A stretch of 63,754 nt of DNA, counting the filler. It is 4 parts of 4 records of this genome, joined end to end, with 100 filler letters (N's around TTAATTAATTAA, not from the genome) between each part and the next. Parts side by side here need not be neighbours in the genome. Positions count along the whole stretch, not along the records: positions 21,918 to 36,494 come from SRR20825006_135; 3 more parts are not named here. One strand, written 5' to 3'. This document shows positions 21,818 through 32,761 of the stretch, piece after piece. The translations under genes were made by a program, and so were the position numbers. Position 1 is the stretch's first letter. Each line of letters starts with the position of its first letter. Under the pieces are notes generated by a model. That model did no database searches. It had not been told where the DNA came from and worked only from the letters and a program-made list of their open reading frames with translations.

Positions 21818-21917
21818 NNNNNNNNNNNNNNNNNNNNNNNNNNNNNNNNNNNNNNNNNNNNTTAATTAATTAANNNNNNNNNNNNNNNNNNNNNNNNNNN
21901 NNNNNNNNNNNNNNNNN
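21818..21917. other. Artificial contig linker
   Basis: N-run + TTAATTAATTAA + N-run. Confidence 0.97.
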
Positions 21918-23119
21918 TAGCTATAGGTGCTTAAATGGTTTTCTATGGATTGATTATCGCCAATATCGGTTAGAACATTGTCGAATAAACACATTTCACT
22001 CCGTTCATGTACAGGTACTAAAAGTCCACTTTGGAGCATAACCTGTAATAAACCAACGGTTTTAAGAGTAATACTTTTCCCACCCGCATTCGGTCCAGAA
22101 ATAACAATAATTCGGTTTTCCTGATGCAGTTCTATAGTTTGCGGATATGTTTTTTCTCGCTTAGCTTTATTGGTTAAATAGAGGAGTGGGTGGTAAGCAT
22201 CTATAATGTTAAATTGCCTTCCTTCTGTAATTTTAGGTAAAAGCGCATTCATCTTGTCTGCATACTTTGCTTTTGCAGCTACTACATCAATGCGTGTTAA
22301 AAATGCTTGATAATCTATTAATAAGTCTCTATAATCTCGGATGAAATTGGTAAGAGATTTTAATATTTTCTGAACTTCTTCCTTTTCTTCATACTCCAAA
22401 TTATTAAGTTCTCGGTTATAGTGGCGCGTAGCTTCTGGCTCAATATAAACAATACTTCCTGTTTTGGAATTTCCCATAATAGCGCCTTTTACACGCTTTC
22501 GATACATAGCTTTTACAGCAAGTACACGACGGTTATCAATTACCGTTTCTCTAATGTCGTCTAATAAACCTGCCGAAGCATAACTACTCAGCGCACCAGC
22601 AAAACTTTGATTGATTTTACCACGAACTAAATTCATATCCTTACGAATATTGAATAGCGAAGGAGAAGCATCATCTTTTATTTCTCCAAAACGATCTATT
22701 ACCTGTTCTATTTGTTGCTGAATTTCTTTTGTAAATTCAATCTCCTGCGCAAGTAGATGAAGCGTAGGATAATACTCATGAAATTTTTTATAAAAGAGAA
22801 TATGATTATTTACTGTTACAGAAATAGAAGCAATCTTTTTGAATCCTTCAACTTCAATAACCGTATTTTCAATTTTTAATAGCTGAATCTCTTTAGAAAT
22901 AGCATCAAAATAATGAGGTGGGATGCTATTATTATTTTCAAAAGAAGCCAGGTATTCATTCGTTAAATGCAAAGAAGTAAAAAGTTCCTCTTTTTTTCGA
23001 AATGGTTTTATTTGTAAAGCACTTTCTTTTCCTAGTTCGGTATTACAGATTTCGGAAACCTGTGTAAGGACTTTAGAAAATTCAAGGTCTTGTAATGTTT
23101 TATCGTGTATTTTATTCAT
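21918..23119 (-). CDS. mutS2: MutS2 family ATPase, N-terminal part, truncated by contig end
   Basis: Homologous to 11388-13586 through GPNAGGKS and QSIENHLSTYS. Confidence 0.9.
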
Positions 23120-23298
23120 ATAAATTAGATCCGAATGCTTTGGATTCCTGCAAATTTACATACTAATTTGGATTTATAGTTACTCGTATAAGAGTTTTAA
23201 AAACTAGCTCCTTTATTTTAAATTACTAAATGAAAATAGTATAATTTTCTATTTATAAAATCCTAAACTTTTATATTTACCATTCTAAATTATTAATA

Positions 23299-23964
23299 AT
23301 GAATATTGCTATTGAATCTAGTTGGAAAACGGTTTTACATAATGAGTTTGAGAAGGAATATTTTAAAGAATTAACTTCTTATGTAAAAGAAGAATATGCT
23401 CACCACACTTGTTTTCCTCCAGAAAATGAAATATTCAATGCTTTTAGTTACTGTCCATTTGATGATGTAAAGGTTGTTATTATTGGTCAAGATCCATACC
23501 ATGGGGTTGATCAAGCAAATGGCTTGTGCTTTTCTGTTAAGGAGGGGATTAAACATCCACCCTCCCTAGTAAATATTTTTAAAGAACTACAAACCAATGT
23601 AGGTAAAGAATACCCAGACAGTGGTAATTTAGAAGCTTGGGCAAAGCAAGGGGTACTTCTTTTAAATGCTACCTTAACTGTTAGAGCCCACGAAGCTGGA
23701 AGTCACCAAAAAAAGGGCTGGGAAACTTTTACAGATGTGGTTATTAAAACTATTTCTGATAAAAAAGAAAACGTTGTTTTTTTACTTTGGGGAGGCTATG
23801 CCAAAAGAAAAGTAAAATTAATAGACACCAACAAACATGATATATTAACTTCTGGACACCCATCTCCACTTAGTGCAAATAGAGGATTTTGGTTTGGAAA
23901 TAATCATTTTAGTAAGTGTAATGAGATTTTACTAAAAAACAATAAAGAGCCTATACTTTGGTAA
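23299..23964 (+). CDS. ung: Uracil-DNA glycosylase
   Basis: GQDPYH, GVLLLN, GHPSPLSA motifs. Confidence 0.95.
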   Translation: MNIAIESSWKTVLHNEFEKEYFKELTSYVKEEYAHHTCFPPENEIFNAFSYCPFDDVKVVIIGQDPYHGVDQANGLCFSVKEGIKHPPSLVNIFKELQTNVGKEYPDSGNLEAWAKQGVLLLNATLTVRAHEAGSHQKKGWETFTDVVIKTISDKKENVVFLLWGGYAKRKVKLIDTNKHDILTSGHPSPLSANRGFWFGNNHFSKCNEILLKNNKEPILW

Positions 23965-24802
23965 CAATTTTAGAATAAGGTAGTGTTTTTTCAATAATTG
24001 CCAATCTTTCTAGTTGTTCTTGAATGTTTTTAACCATAATAGGAGTGATGTTTTCCTGACTCCATCGGGTAATAGAAAGCCACTCTTGGATGTCTTCAAC
24101 TTTTTGTTCATATCTATTAGCTAACATTCTGTCAATGCTTGGAATGTCTTTAAAATCTTCCGTATAAGTATTAATTACTTCAAGAATATGATTTACTAGA
24201 GAAGGACTTTTCTCCAGCAATTTATCTGTAACCGCAATTACAAAGCAAGGCCATGGAGTAGGGCAGTCGTCAACTCTACGGAAAACGCCTTTATCTACCA
24301 AAGGTTTTGTTGTAAAGTGCTCCCACATAAAATAATCGGCAGTACCATTGTTTAAGGCTTCAATAGCGCCATCTACATTGTTTACAACCTCAAATTCTAG
24401 ATTTTTATAACTCCAACCATTATTATTGGCATTTACAACAGCCATTAAATGACTTCCGCTTCCGTATCTAGAAATAGCAGCCTTTTTATCTTTTAAATCA
24501 GCTACTTTTTTATTAGATGAATTAGCGGCAACATGAATTCCCCAATATAAAGGCGATTGTACAAAAACCTGAACTATCTTTGAAGGATTTCCTGCAACAA
24601 TATCTTTAACAATTCCTTCAGTAAGAATAATTGCAATATCGGTTTCACCTTCGCGAAGCATAGTACACATTCTTCCAGTACCTTCAGGAACTTCTGTCCA
24701 CTCTAAATCGATTCCTCGGTTTTCGAATGCACCGTCTTCTATAGCTAAATGCCAAGGTAAATTGAAATGCTCAGGAACACCAGCAATTTTAATTTTCTTC
24801 AT
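23951..24802 (-). CDS. PBP2-fold substrate-binding-domain protein
   Basis: Ortholog of 9599-10447 (GVPEHFNLPW, SRYGSGSHLM). Confidence 0.7.
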   Translation of the reverse strand: MKKIKIAGVPEHFNLPWHLAIEDGAFENRGIDLEWTEVPEGTGRMCTMLREGETDIAIILTEGIVKDIVAGNPSKIVQVFVQSPLYWGIHVAANSSNKKVADLKDKKAAISRYGSGSHLMAVVNANNNGWSYKNLEFEVVNNVDGAIEALNNGTADYFMWEHFTTKPLVDKGVFRRVDDCPTPWPCFVIAVTDKLLEKSPSLVNHILEVINTYTEDFKDIPSIDRMLANRYEQKVEDIQEWLSITRWSQENITPIMVKNIQEQLERLAIIEKTLPYSKIVTKV

Positions 24803-24868
24803 CTTTATACAGCTTTTATGTAGGGGTTTTTAGCAATTTTATCTTAGGTCAAAGCTAAATAAAAGAGT

Positions 24869-25744
24869 TTAAATGTGCGTAATTTTTTCTAGTGTATATT
24901 GAATAAGTTTTTCGGTAGCTTTTAGTGGATCTTTAGAAAAATTTCCGTTAGGTCGATTTGCAAGAATACAATTCATAGATACCGCTTTATGTCCTAGTAA
25001 TTTTGCCAAGCCATAAATTCCAGCGGTTTCCATTTCTAAATTAGTAATCTTTAGTCCGTTGTAATCAAAGGATGCTAATTTATCGTTTAAAGAGGGATCT
25101 TGAACTTCTAAACGTAATTTTCTAGATTGCGGACCATAAAATCCAACATTGGTTGCTGTAAATCCTAAATGTACATTTTCAGATAGTAATTTACTTGCTA
25201 AACTTTCATCATAAGCAACAACATAAGGCATTGATTTTTTCTGAAACCAATTGGTATGTTTTACTATTTTTTGCTGAATGTCTGTATATTGAATCTCTTC
25301 ACTTTGGTAAAAATGAAGCAAACTATCAAACCCCACCGCATATTCACTCATTAAAAAGTCGTCTACCTTAATTTCTGGCTGAAGAGAGCCTGTTGTTCCA
25401 ATTCTAATAATATTAAGAGAGGTGAGTTTCTTTTTTATAGTGCGGGTAGCAAAATCTATATTTACTAAAGCATCGAGTTCATTTAAAACAATATCAATAT
25501 TATCCGTTCCAATTCCTGTAGAAATTACAGAAATTCGCTTATTATTTAAGGTTCCGGTATGTGTTACAAACTCTCGTTTTCCTTTTTTCAACTCAATAGT
25601 GTCAAAATACTTAGAAACCGTAGCCACTCTGTCTGGATCTCCAACAGTTATTATGGTGTCTGCAATGTCTTCTGGAAGAAGATTTAAATGATAAATACTG
25701 CCGTCGTCATTCAGTATCAATTCAGATTCAGCAATTTTTGCCAT
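24869..25744 (-). CDS. Nucleoside phosphorylase
   Basis: Ortholog of 8730-9602 (GDPDRV, NLEMET). Confidence 0.9.
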   Translation of the reverse strand: MAKIAESELILNDDGSIYHLNLLPEDIADTIITVGDPDRVATVSKYFDTIELKKGKREFVTHTGTLNNKRISVISTGIGTDNIDIVLNELDALVNIDFATRTIKKKLTSLNIIRIGTTGSLQPEIKVDDFLMSEYAVGFDSLLHFYQSEEIQYTDIQQKIVKHTNWFQKKSMPYVVAYDESLASKLLSENVHLGFTATNVGFYGPQSRKLRLEVQDPSLNDKLASFDYNGLKITNLEMETAGIYGLAKLLGHKAVSMNCILANRPNGNFSKDPLKATEKLIQYTLEKITHI

Positions 25745-25745
25745 T

Positions 25746-26678
25746 TTATAGTTTTAGGAGTTGTTCACTATCTTCCATAAATAAAAAAGAATATTTTGGA
25801 GTCCCTCCTAAATATTCCTTGTCGCTACGTATGTTTGGATAGTAATTTTCTAATTTCTCGGCTACTTTAGCACCTGTTTTGGTAAGTTTTACAGGATTAA
25901 AAGATTTAAATAAAGGTCTTAAATTATTCGCCATTTTTACAAATTGAATGTCTCCAAAACCATAGATTCCTTGATCTAGAAGCATTTCTTGTATAATGTC
26001 GTCTTTTGACTTTAGTTGTTTATTAAGACTTTTTTCCAACATTTTATTTTCCAACTCATTCAATCCATTTTTTAAGCTCGGAAACCTATGAATATGAGAT
26101 TCCATAGCTTTGGATAAATAGGTAAGCTGACTCGTGTTTTGTTTGATTGCATTTTGAAGTCTTATAGGATTGTTCTCACAATACAATTGCCAGATATAAT
26201 CTCCATATTCAATATCATCTTTAGTTAGTAAAACTCTATTTTCGTAAAGTTTTTCTAATTTCTCTTTGCTGAGTTCTGTAAGTGCATATAGTTTATCTGT
26301 AGCATCTTCTTTTCCAGAACAAGCTAAAAATATATCTGCATCACTACGGTTTTTCTTTAACCAACTCAATACAGCAATCATATTAACTTGACAAAAAAGA
26401 TCGTATTCAAACCAGAGAACAATTTCCTCTTGACTCTTTTGATTACATAAGTTCCTATATTCTTTTAAAGTCCTATTTATAAAGGTGTCTTTTGTAATTT
26501 TATAGGCTCTGTTGAGGAATTCGTAGCGTTGACGCCAAAAGGATTCACTACCAACTTCATTAATAGTTTTTCCTTCACATAGCATTTCTCGCCACGTAAT
26601 TATATCACCAGAAATATTGAGTTCGTTTAAGACAGTAGTAAAGCTGTCTCCGTTTGTAATATGAAGTGTCTTAGCCAT
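25746..26678 (-). CDS. DUF1835-like protein
   Basis: LHITNGD, WREMLCEG and LWFEYDLFCQ motifs. Confidence 0.75.
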   Translation of the reverse strand: MAKTLHITNGDSFTTVLNELNISGDIITWREMLCEGKTINEVGSESFWRQRYEFLNRAYKITKDTFINRTLKEYRNLCNQKSQEEIVLWFEYDLFCQVNMIAVLSWLKKNRSDADIFLACSGKEDATDKLYALTELSKEKLEKLYENRVLLTKDDIEYGDYIWQLYCENNPIRLQNAIKQNTSQLTYLSKAMESHIHRFPSLKNGLNELENKMLEKSLNKQLKSKDDIIQEMLLDQGIYGFGDIQFVKMANNLRPLFKSFNPVKLTKTGAKVAEKLENYYPNIRSDKEYLGGTPKYSFLFMEDSEQLLKL

Positions 26679-26831
26679 TTAATATAGGGTTGAGGACTGT
26701 AAATGTATTAAATACGATTTAATAAACAAGAAAAAGTACGTTAATTCTATAACGATTCTAATTAATATTTATTGAATAAAAACTAGAATAATCCGAGAGT
26801 GCCTGCTATGGTTTATCTTCCAACTAATTCG

Positions 26832-27161
26832 TTAACCTCCAACACGTTTCACTTTAAAACCTTTTTCTTTTAATAGCTCCATTATAGTATCCCTAAAATC
26901 TCCTTGAAGGATTATTTTGTCATCTTTAAAAGAACCTCCAACACTAAGTTTTGTTTTTAATTCTTTGGCTAATTTTTTAAAATCTTCTGTAGCGCCAGTA
27001 TATCCGTCAATTATAGTAATAGGTTTTCCTTTGCGCTTTTCATATTTACATAAAAGCGGGTCTTCTTGCATCCAGATGGCGTTTGGATCTGCTTTTTGCG
27101 TTGGTTCTTCTTTAAATTCGTGTTCCGGAAATAAATTTTTTAATTGGTCTTGTAAGTCCAT
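26832..27161 (-). CDS. SUI1/YciH family protein
   Basis: Ortholog of 8395-8724. Confidence 0.88.
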   Translation of the reverse strand: MDLQDQLKNLFPEHEFKEEPTQKADPNAIWMQEDPLLCKYEKRKGKPITIIDGYTGATEDFKKLAKELKTKLSVGGSFKDDKIILQGDFRDTIMELLKEKGFKVKRVGG

Positions 27162-27190
27162 TTTTACGATTCGTAATTTTTAGAAAGAAA

Positions 27191-28141
27191 TTATACTTTA
27201 ATTAATCCAAGTTCAATTAAACGCTCATAAAGAAACTCTCCAGAGGTAATATCATCATAAAGTTTAGGATGCTCATCATCAATACAATTTTCTAGTACAT
27301 CTAATGGCATGTCACTTACAGGATGCATAAAAAACGGTACCGAATAGCGAGAAGTTCCCCAAAGTTCTTTTGGCGGATTAATAACTTGATGGATAGTAGA
27401 TTTTAGTCTGTTATTAGTATGTCTAGAAAGCATATCTCCAACATTAATCATTAATTCGTCGGGTTCTGCAATAGCATCAATCCATTCTCCCTCATGATTT
27501 TGTACTTGAAGTCCTCTTCCTTGAGCTCCCATTAATAAGGTAATCAAGTTAATATCTCCATGTGCGGCAGCTCTTACAGCATTTTTTGGTTCTTCTTTAA
27601 TTGGAGGGTAGTGAATAGGGCGTAAAATAGAATTCCCATTTTTAATGTACTTATCAAAATAGGTTTCTTCTAAATCTAAATGTAAAGCTAAAGCTCTTAA
27701 AACATATTTGGCAGTTTTTTCAAGCTGTTTATAGGTTTCTTTTCCTACTTCATTAAAATTTGGAAGCTCTGCTACTTGTACATTTTCTGGATATTCTTTT
27801 TCTAATTTAGGATTGTCTTCCACATATTGTCCGAAATGCCAAAACTCTTTTAAATCGCCTTCTTTGCGACCTTTAGCATGTTCTTTTCCGAAGGAAGTAT
27901 ACCCTCTTTGGCCTCCAATTCCTTCAATTTCATATTTGTCTTTTACCTCCTGCGGAAGGTCAAAAAACTTCTTAATTTCACTATATAAACCTTCTATTAA
28001 TTGATCTGATAAAAAATGACCTTTTAAAGCTACAAAACCAATATCTTCATACGCTTTACCAATTTCATTAATAAATTTCTGCTTTCGAGCAGGGTCTTCA
28101 GAAAGAAAATCACTTAAATCAACGCTGGGTACTTTATTCAT
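27191..28141 (-). CDS. 2OG-Fe(II) oxygenase, isopenicillin N synthase family
   Basis: HGD, distal H and RYS motifs; ortholog of 7402-8352. Confidence 0.9.
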   Translation of the reverse strand: MNKVPSVDLSDFLSEDPARKQKFINEIGKAYEDIGFVALKGHFLSDQLIEGLYSEIKKFFDLPQEVKDKYEIEGIGGQRGYTSFGKEHAKGRKEGDLKEFWHFGQYVEDNPKLEKEYPENVQVAELPNFNEVGKETYKQLEKTAKYVLRALALHLDLEETYFDKYIKNGNSILRPIHYPPIKEEPKNAVRAAAHGDINLITLLMGAQGRGLQVQNHEGEWIDAIAEPDELMINVGDMLSRHTNNRLKSTIHQVINPPKELWGTSRYSVPFFMHPVSDMPLDVLENCIDDEHPKLYDDITSGEFLYERLIELGLIKV

Positions 28142-28294
28142 TTTTATAACATTTTTAGAAGCCTAAGCCTCATATATATAACAAATGTAGCGATTTATTA
28201 TGCGATTCTATAATTTCAAAAAGAACATTTTTCAACACATAAAAACTACTTATATGATACTATTTTTTTCTAAATTTGATTTAAAGCTCTAGTT

Positions 28295-30298
28295 ATGAAT
28301 CATACTACTACGCCTTATTCTTTTGAATTTGATAATCGATTTGTTAGCAATCCTATACTTTTAGAATTGTTTCGAAACATGTTGAAATCTAGAATGATAG
28401 AAGAAAAAATGCTAATCTTATTGCGTCAAGGAAAGATTTCAAAATGGTTTAGTGGAATAGGGCAAGAGGCTATTTCTGTAGGCGTTACAATGGCGCTTCA
28501 ACCGGATGAATATATTTTACCGATGCATCGTAACTTAGGGGTTTTTACTACAAGAAAAATTCCCTTAAACCGACTTTTCTCACAATGGCAAGGGAAAGCT
28601 AGTGGTTTTACCAAGGGAAGAGATCGGAGTTTTCATTTTGGAACACAAGAATATAAAATTGTAGGAATGATTTCTCATTTGGGACCTCAATTGGGGGTAG
28701 CAGATGGGATTGCATTGGCACATAAACTTAGAAAGGAGGCAAAGGTAACTGCTGTATTTACAGGAGAAGGAGGAACTAGCGAAGGAGATTTTCATGAAGC
28801 TCTTAATATTGCTTCGGTGTGGGATTTGCCTGTACTTTTTTGTGTTGAAAATAATGGTTATGGACTTTCAACCCCTACAAATGAACAGTTTAATTGTAAA
28901 AATATTGCAGATAAAGGGATTGGTTACGGTATGGAAGCTCATATTATTGAAGGGAATAATGTTTTAGAAGTGTATACCAAAGTAAATGAGATTGCTAAAA
29001 GTGTAAGAGAAAACCCGAGACCTGTTTTATTGGAGTTTAAAACCTTTAGAATGCGCGGCCATGAAGAGGCTAGTGGCACTAAATATGTTCCAGATGAATT
29101 GCTTAATGAATGGGCTACTAAAGATCCAATTAGTAACTATAATAAGTTTTTAAATGATGAAGGAATCCTTACTAAGGATATAGAAACGTATTATAAAGAT
29201 AGTATTCAAGCAGAAATTGATGAGAATTTACAAATTTCTTATGCTGAAAATTCTATTGTTTCTGATCAAACTAATGAATTAAATGATGTTTATTATGATG
29301 CTGTTAATAAGTTATTTAAGAATTCGGAATCAAAAAATAACATTCGGTATATTGATGCTGTTTCAGAAGGTTTAAAACAGAGCTTAGAAAAGCATGATAA
29401 TCTTATTGTTATGGGGCAAGACATAGCAGAATATGGAGGTGTTTTTAAAATAACAGAAGGCTTTGTTGAACAATTTGGAAAAGATAGAATTAGAAATACG
29501 CCCATTTGTGAATCTGGAATTGTAGCTACAGCAATGGGACTTTCTATAAATAAAATGAAGGCTGTGGTAGAAATGCAATTTTCAGATTTTGTTTCTAGCG
29601 GTTTTAATCCAATTGTAAATTATTTAGCAAAATCGTATTATAGATGGGAGCAAAATGCCGATGTTGTTATTAGGTTGCCTTGCGGGGGTGGAGTAGGCGC
29701 AGGCCCTTTTCATTCACAAACTAATGAGGCTTGGTTTACAAAAGTGCCTGGGTTAAAAGTAGTGTACCCTGCATTTCCACAAGATGCAAAAGGATTACTT
29801 ATTGCAGCTATTAACGACCCTAATCCTGTTATGTTTTTTGAACATAAAGCTTTGTACAGAAATGTCTATCAAGATGTGTCAGATAATTACTTCGATATAG
29901 AATTAGGAATAGCCTCTGTTATAAAAGAAGGAAAAGACGTTAGTATTATTACCTACGGTATGGGGGTGCATTGGGCATTAGAAGTATTAGAAGCACATAA
30001 AGATATTTCTGTAGAGCTAATAGATTTGAGGACACTTTCTCCGTTAGATACGAAAATGATTTATTCTTCAGTAAAGAAAACAGGAAAAGCCCTTATTTTA
30101 CAGGAAGACACTCTTTTTGGAGGTATTTCAAGTGATATTTCTGCCTTAATTATGGAGAATTGTTTTGAGTATTTAGATGCTCCTGTTAAGCGTGTAGCTA
30201 GTTTAGAAACCCCAATTCCTTTTGCTAAAAGTCTTGAAAACCAGTTTTTAGCCAAGTCTAGATTGGAAAAAGAATTGTTGAATTTACTCTCATATTAG
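28295..30298 (+). CDS. Fused 2-oxoacid dehydrogenase E1 alpha/beta
   Basis: Ortholog of 5271-7277. Confidence 0.9.
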   Translation: MNHTTTPYSFEFDNRFVSNPILLELFRNMLKSRMIEEKMLILLRQGKISKWFSGIGQEAISVGVTMALQPDEYILPMHRNLGVFTTRKIPLNRLFSQWQGKASGFTKGRDRSFHFGTQEYKIVGMISHLGPQLGVADGIALAHKLRKEAKVTAVFTGEGGTSEGDFHEALNIASVWDLPVLFCVENNGYGLSTPTNEQFNCKNIADKGIGYGMEAHIIEGNNVLEVYTKVNEIAKSVRENPRPVLLEFKTFRMRGHEEASGTKYVPDELLNEWATKDPISNYNKFLNDEGILTKDIETYYKDSIQAEIDENLQISYAENSIVSDQTNELNDVYYDAVNKLFKNSESKNNIRYIDAVSEGLKQSLEKHDNLIVMGQDIAEYGGVFKITEGFVEQFGKDRIRNTPICESGIVATAMGLSINKMKAVVEMQFSDFVSSGFNPIVNYLAKSYYRWEQNADVVIRLPCGGGVGAGPFHSQTNEAWFTKVPGLKVVYPAFPQDAKGLLIAAINDPNPVMFFEHKALYRNVYQDVSDNYFDIELGIASVIKEGKDVSIITYGMGVHWALEVLEAHKDISVELIDLRTLSPLDTKMIYSSVKKTGKALILQEDTLFGGISSDISALIMENCFEYLDAPVKRVASLETPIPFAKSLENQFLAKSRLEKELLNLLSY

Positions 30299-30408
30299 CA
30301 TTTTTACGGAATTAAATAAATGTTAATTTAACAAGCAAATACTTATTTTAAGGCGGATTTTTATTATCTTAGATGTTACATCAACAATAATTATTAAACT
30401 AAACAATC

Positions 30409-30906
30409 ATGAAAAATAAGGCGTATATTCTTATACTTATGGTGTCTTTGGTATTAACTTCCTGCGGACTTAGCAAGGAGAATAAAGACAACCGAAAAAC
30501 CTTAGATGGAACTTGGAAACTCACAAATATTGATTATCAAAATAACGAAGGTTATTTTAAGTCAATTTTATTTAATGATGTTTCTGCAAAGTGCTTTAGA
30601 GGTAGCGAATGGTTTTTCCGCTCAAACAACAGTACAGGGTATTACAACATTTTAGATGGGGGAGAGTGTTCTCCAGGACAACGTAATATCCGTTGGTCTA
30701 TTCAAGACGATGCAAATGGTACTCCAAACCGTTTTCAATTTAAATTTATAGACGAAAAGAAAAATGATATTAGTGGAGGATATGGGTACGTATTCCAAAT
30801 CAATTCTTTATCTCCACAACAAATGGTAATTTCTGCGGATGCTAGCGTAGGCGCAGAAACTGTAACTGTAGTGTATCAGTTTACCAAAATTGCATCACTT
30901 AGATAA
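30409..30906 (+). CDS. Lipocalin-like lipoprotein
   Basis: Lipobox LTSC, GTW motif; homolog of 4494-4973. Confidence 0.7.
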   Translation: MKNKAYILILMVSLVLTSCGLSKENKDNRKTLDGTWKLTNIDYQNNEGYFKSILFNDVSAKCFRGSEWFFRSNNSTGYYNILDGGECSPGQRNIRWSIQDDANGTPNRFQFKFIDEKKNDISGGYGYVFQINSLSPQQMVISADASVGAETVTVVYQFTKIASLR

Positions 30907-30952
30907 AAATAAAACCCATAAATTGGGGATTAAATAAAAATAACTATACAAC

Positions 30953-31639
30953 ATGAAAAAAATAATTTTAAAAAGCGGTATTGTATTAACTTCAGTGTTA
31001 ATGCTTATAAGCTGTGAAGCTATTAAAAACTCTAATAACACACAGCGTGGAACAGCTATTGGAGCTGGTTCTGGAGCGGCTATTGGTGGAATTATAGGAA
31101 ATAATGTAGGAGACGGAAATAATTCTGTTTTAGGAGCTATTATTGGTGCAGCCGTTGGTGGTGCCGTTGGTAATAGAATTGGTAATAAAATGGATAGAAA
31201 TGCAGAGGCTATTGAAGAGGCAATTCCTGGTGCAGAAGTTACTAGAATTGGAGAAGGTATTAATGTTACTTTTGATGAAAATAGTGGTGTTAAATTTGCA
31301 TTGAATTCTGCTGATATATCTCCTGAAGGTCAGGAAACGCTTAGAAAAATGGCCGAAGTTTTTGTAGAGTATGACGATACAAATATTTTAATTGAAGGAC
31401 ATACAGATAGTTCTGGAGCAGATTCATATAATATGTCGCTTTCAGAAAAAAGAGCTAAGTCGGTTAGAGATTTTTTATCTGCTAATGGAGTAGCTTCTTC
31501 TAGAATGACTACAAAATGGTATGGAGAAACACAGCCTAAATTTGATAATAATACTGAGGATGGACGTGTTAAAAATAGACGTGTAGAGCTTGGTATTGTT
31601 GCAAGTCAAGAAATGATTCAAGAGGCTAAATCTGAGTAA
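30953..31639 (+). CDS. OmpA family lipoprotein
   Basis: Lipobox, Gly zipper, EGHTD and NRRVE motifs. Confidence 0.92.
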   Translation: MKKIILKSGIVLTSVLMLISCEAIKNSNNTQRGTAIGAGSGAAIGGIIGNNVGDGNNSVLGAIIGAAVGGAVGNRIGNKMDRNAEAIEEAIPGAEVTRIGEGINVTFDENSGVKFALNSADISPEGQETLRKMAEVFVEYDDTNILIEGHTDSSGADSYNMSLSEKRAKSVRDFLSANGVASSRMTTKWYGETQPKFDNNTEDGRVKNRRVELGIVASQEMIQEAKSE

Positions 31640-31658
31640 TTTCAGAAACCAATAAATT

Positions 31659-31689
31659 AAAGTCCGATTTTAAGTAATCGGACTTTTTT
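31659..31689 (+). terminator. Intrinsic terminator
   Basis: AAAGTCCGATT...AATCGGACTTT followed by T-run. Confidence 0.8.
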
Positions 31690-31718
31690 GTTTTAAACCT
31701 ATTTTAAAAGTAAATATT

Positions 31719-32582
31719 ATGAAAATTAATAACATTAAATTTTTATTGCTAATAGGAGTGATATCCTTTTCCATAAGTTGTAAAAGTGATAAAAAAAACA
31801 AAGAGGAAGTAATTAAGGAACCTGAAGTAGAAACCCCTCATGGCGGTCCTGAAATGACCATGATTAAAGGGGAAGAAATAAGCTATAAAGCAGATTCCAC
31901 AACCATGAAAGGTTATATAGCATACAATCCCGAACTAAAAGAAAAAAGACCTGGGATATTGGTTGTTCACGAATGGTGGGGACATAATGAATATAGCAGA
32001 CAACGAGCAGACATGCTTGCAGAATTAGGCTATGTGGCTTTGGCTGTAGATATGTATGGAGATGGAAAACAAGCAAAGCATCCTAATGACGCTGGAAAAT
32101 TCTCTGGGATGGTTATGAAAAATATTGAGGTAGCTAAAGCTAGATTTGATGCAGCTCTTAAAGCATTAAAAAGTAACCCACATGTAGATGTTAATGAGAT
32201 TGCAGCTATAGGCTATTGCTTTGGAGGAAGTGTTGTTCTAACAATGGCAAATATGGGAGAAGACTTGGATGCAGTTGCAGCTTTCCATAGTGGAGTACAG
32301 CTTCCTGTAATGCCTACAGATGCTATAAAAGCTAAAATTTTAGTGTGTAATGGAGCTGCAGATCCATTTGTTTCTGAAGAATCTATTGTTAATTATACAA
32401 AAGCAATGGATAGCGTAAATGCAGATTATGAGTACATAGCTTATGAAGATGCTGTGCATGCATATACCAGTAAAGATGCAGACTCTTTAGGTAAGAAATT
32501 TGATTTGCCATTAGCATATAATAAAGAAGCGGATGAAAAATCATGGGAGGAGCTTAAAAAGCTATTAGATGAAGTTTTCTAA
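31719..32582 (+). CDS. Dienelactone hydrolase family lipoprotein
   Basis: HEWWG, GYCFGG nucleophile motif, HAYT; lipobox ISC. Confidence 0.9.
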   Translation: MKINNIKFLLLIGVISFSISCKSDKKNKEEVIKEPEVETPHGGPEMTMIKGEEISYKADSTTMKGYIAYNPELKEKRPGILVVHEWWGHNEYSRQRADMLAELGYVALAVDMYGDGKQAKHPNDAGKFSGMVMKNIEVAKARFDAALKALKSNPHVDVNEIAAIGYCFGGSVVLTMANMGEDLDAVAAFHSGVQLPVMPTDAIKAKILVCNGAADPFVSEESIVNYTKAMDSVNADYEYIAYEDAVHAYTSKDADSLGKKFDLPLAYNKEADEKSWEELKKLLDEVF

Positions 32583-32605
32583 AATAGAATTCTTCCTAAC
32601 TATTT

Positions 32606-32633
32606 AAATCCAAGTGAAAGCTTGGATTTTTTT
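32606..32633 (+). terminator. Intrinsic terminator
   Basis: AAATCCAAG-tgaaag-CTTGGATTT plus T-run. Confidence 0.75.
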
Positions 32634-32761
32634 ATTCCTACAAATAAGGTATTGTTAAACAATCCTTAAACCTCCGTTAAAGTGCATTAAAACACATGGT
32701 TAGCTGTTAAAACTATTGTATCTTAAAGGGAATAATTAATTATCAACTCAAAAAATTAATA

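Noticed and set aside
21862-21873. TTAATTAATTAA repeated three times in the window
   Set aside because: Always centred in N-runs; an assembly linker, not biology
32650-32712. Clusters of TTAA/GTTAA motifs upstream of aconitase, also near 1770-1805 and 5240-5270
   Set aside because: Could be a regulator motif, but spacing is inconsistent and the DNA is very AT-rich; not distinguishable from chance without statistics
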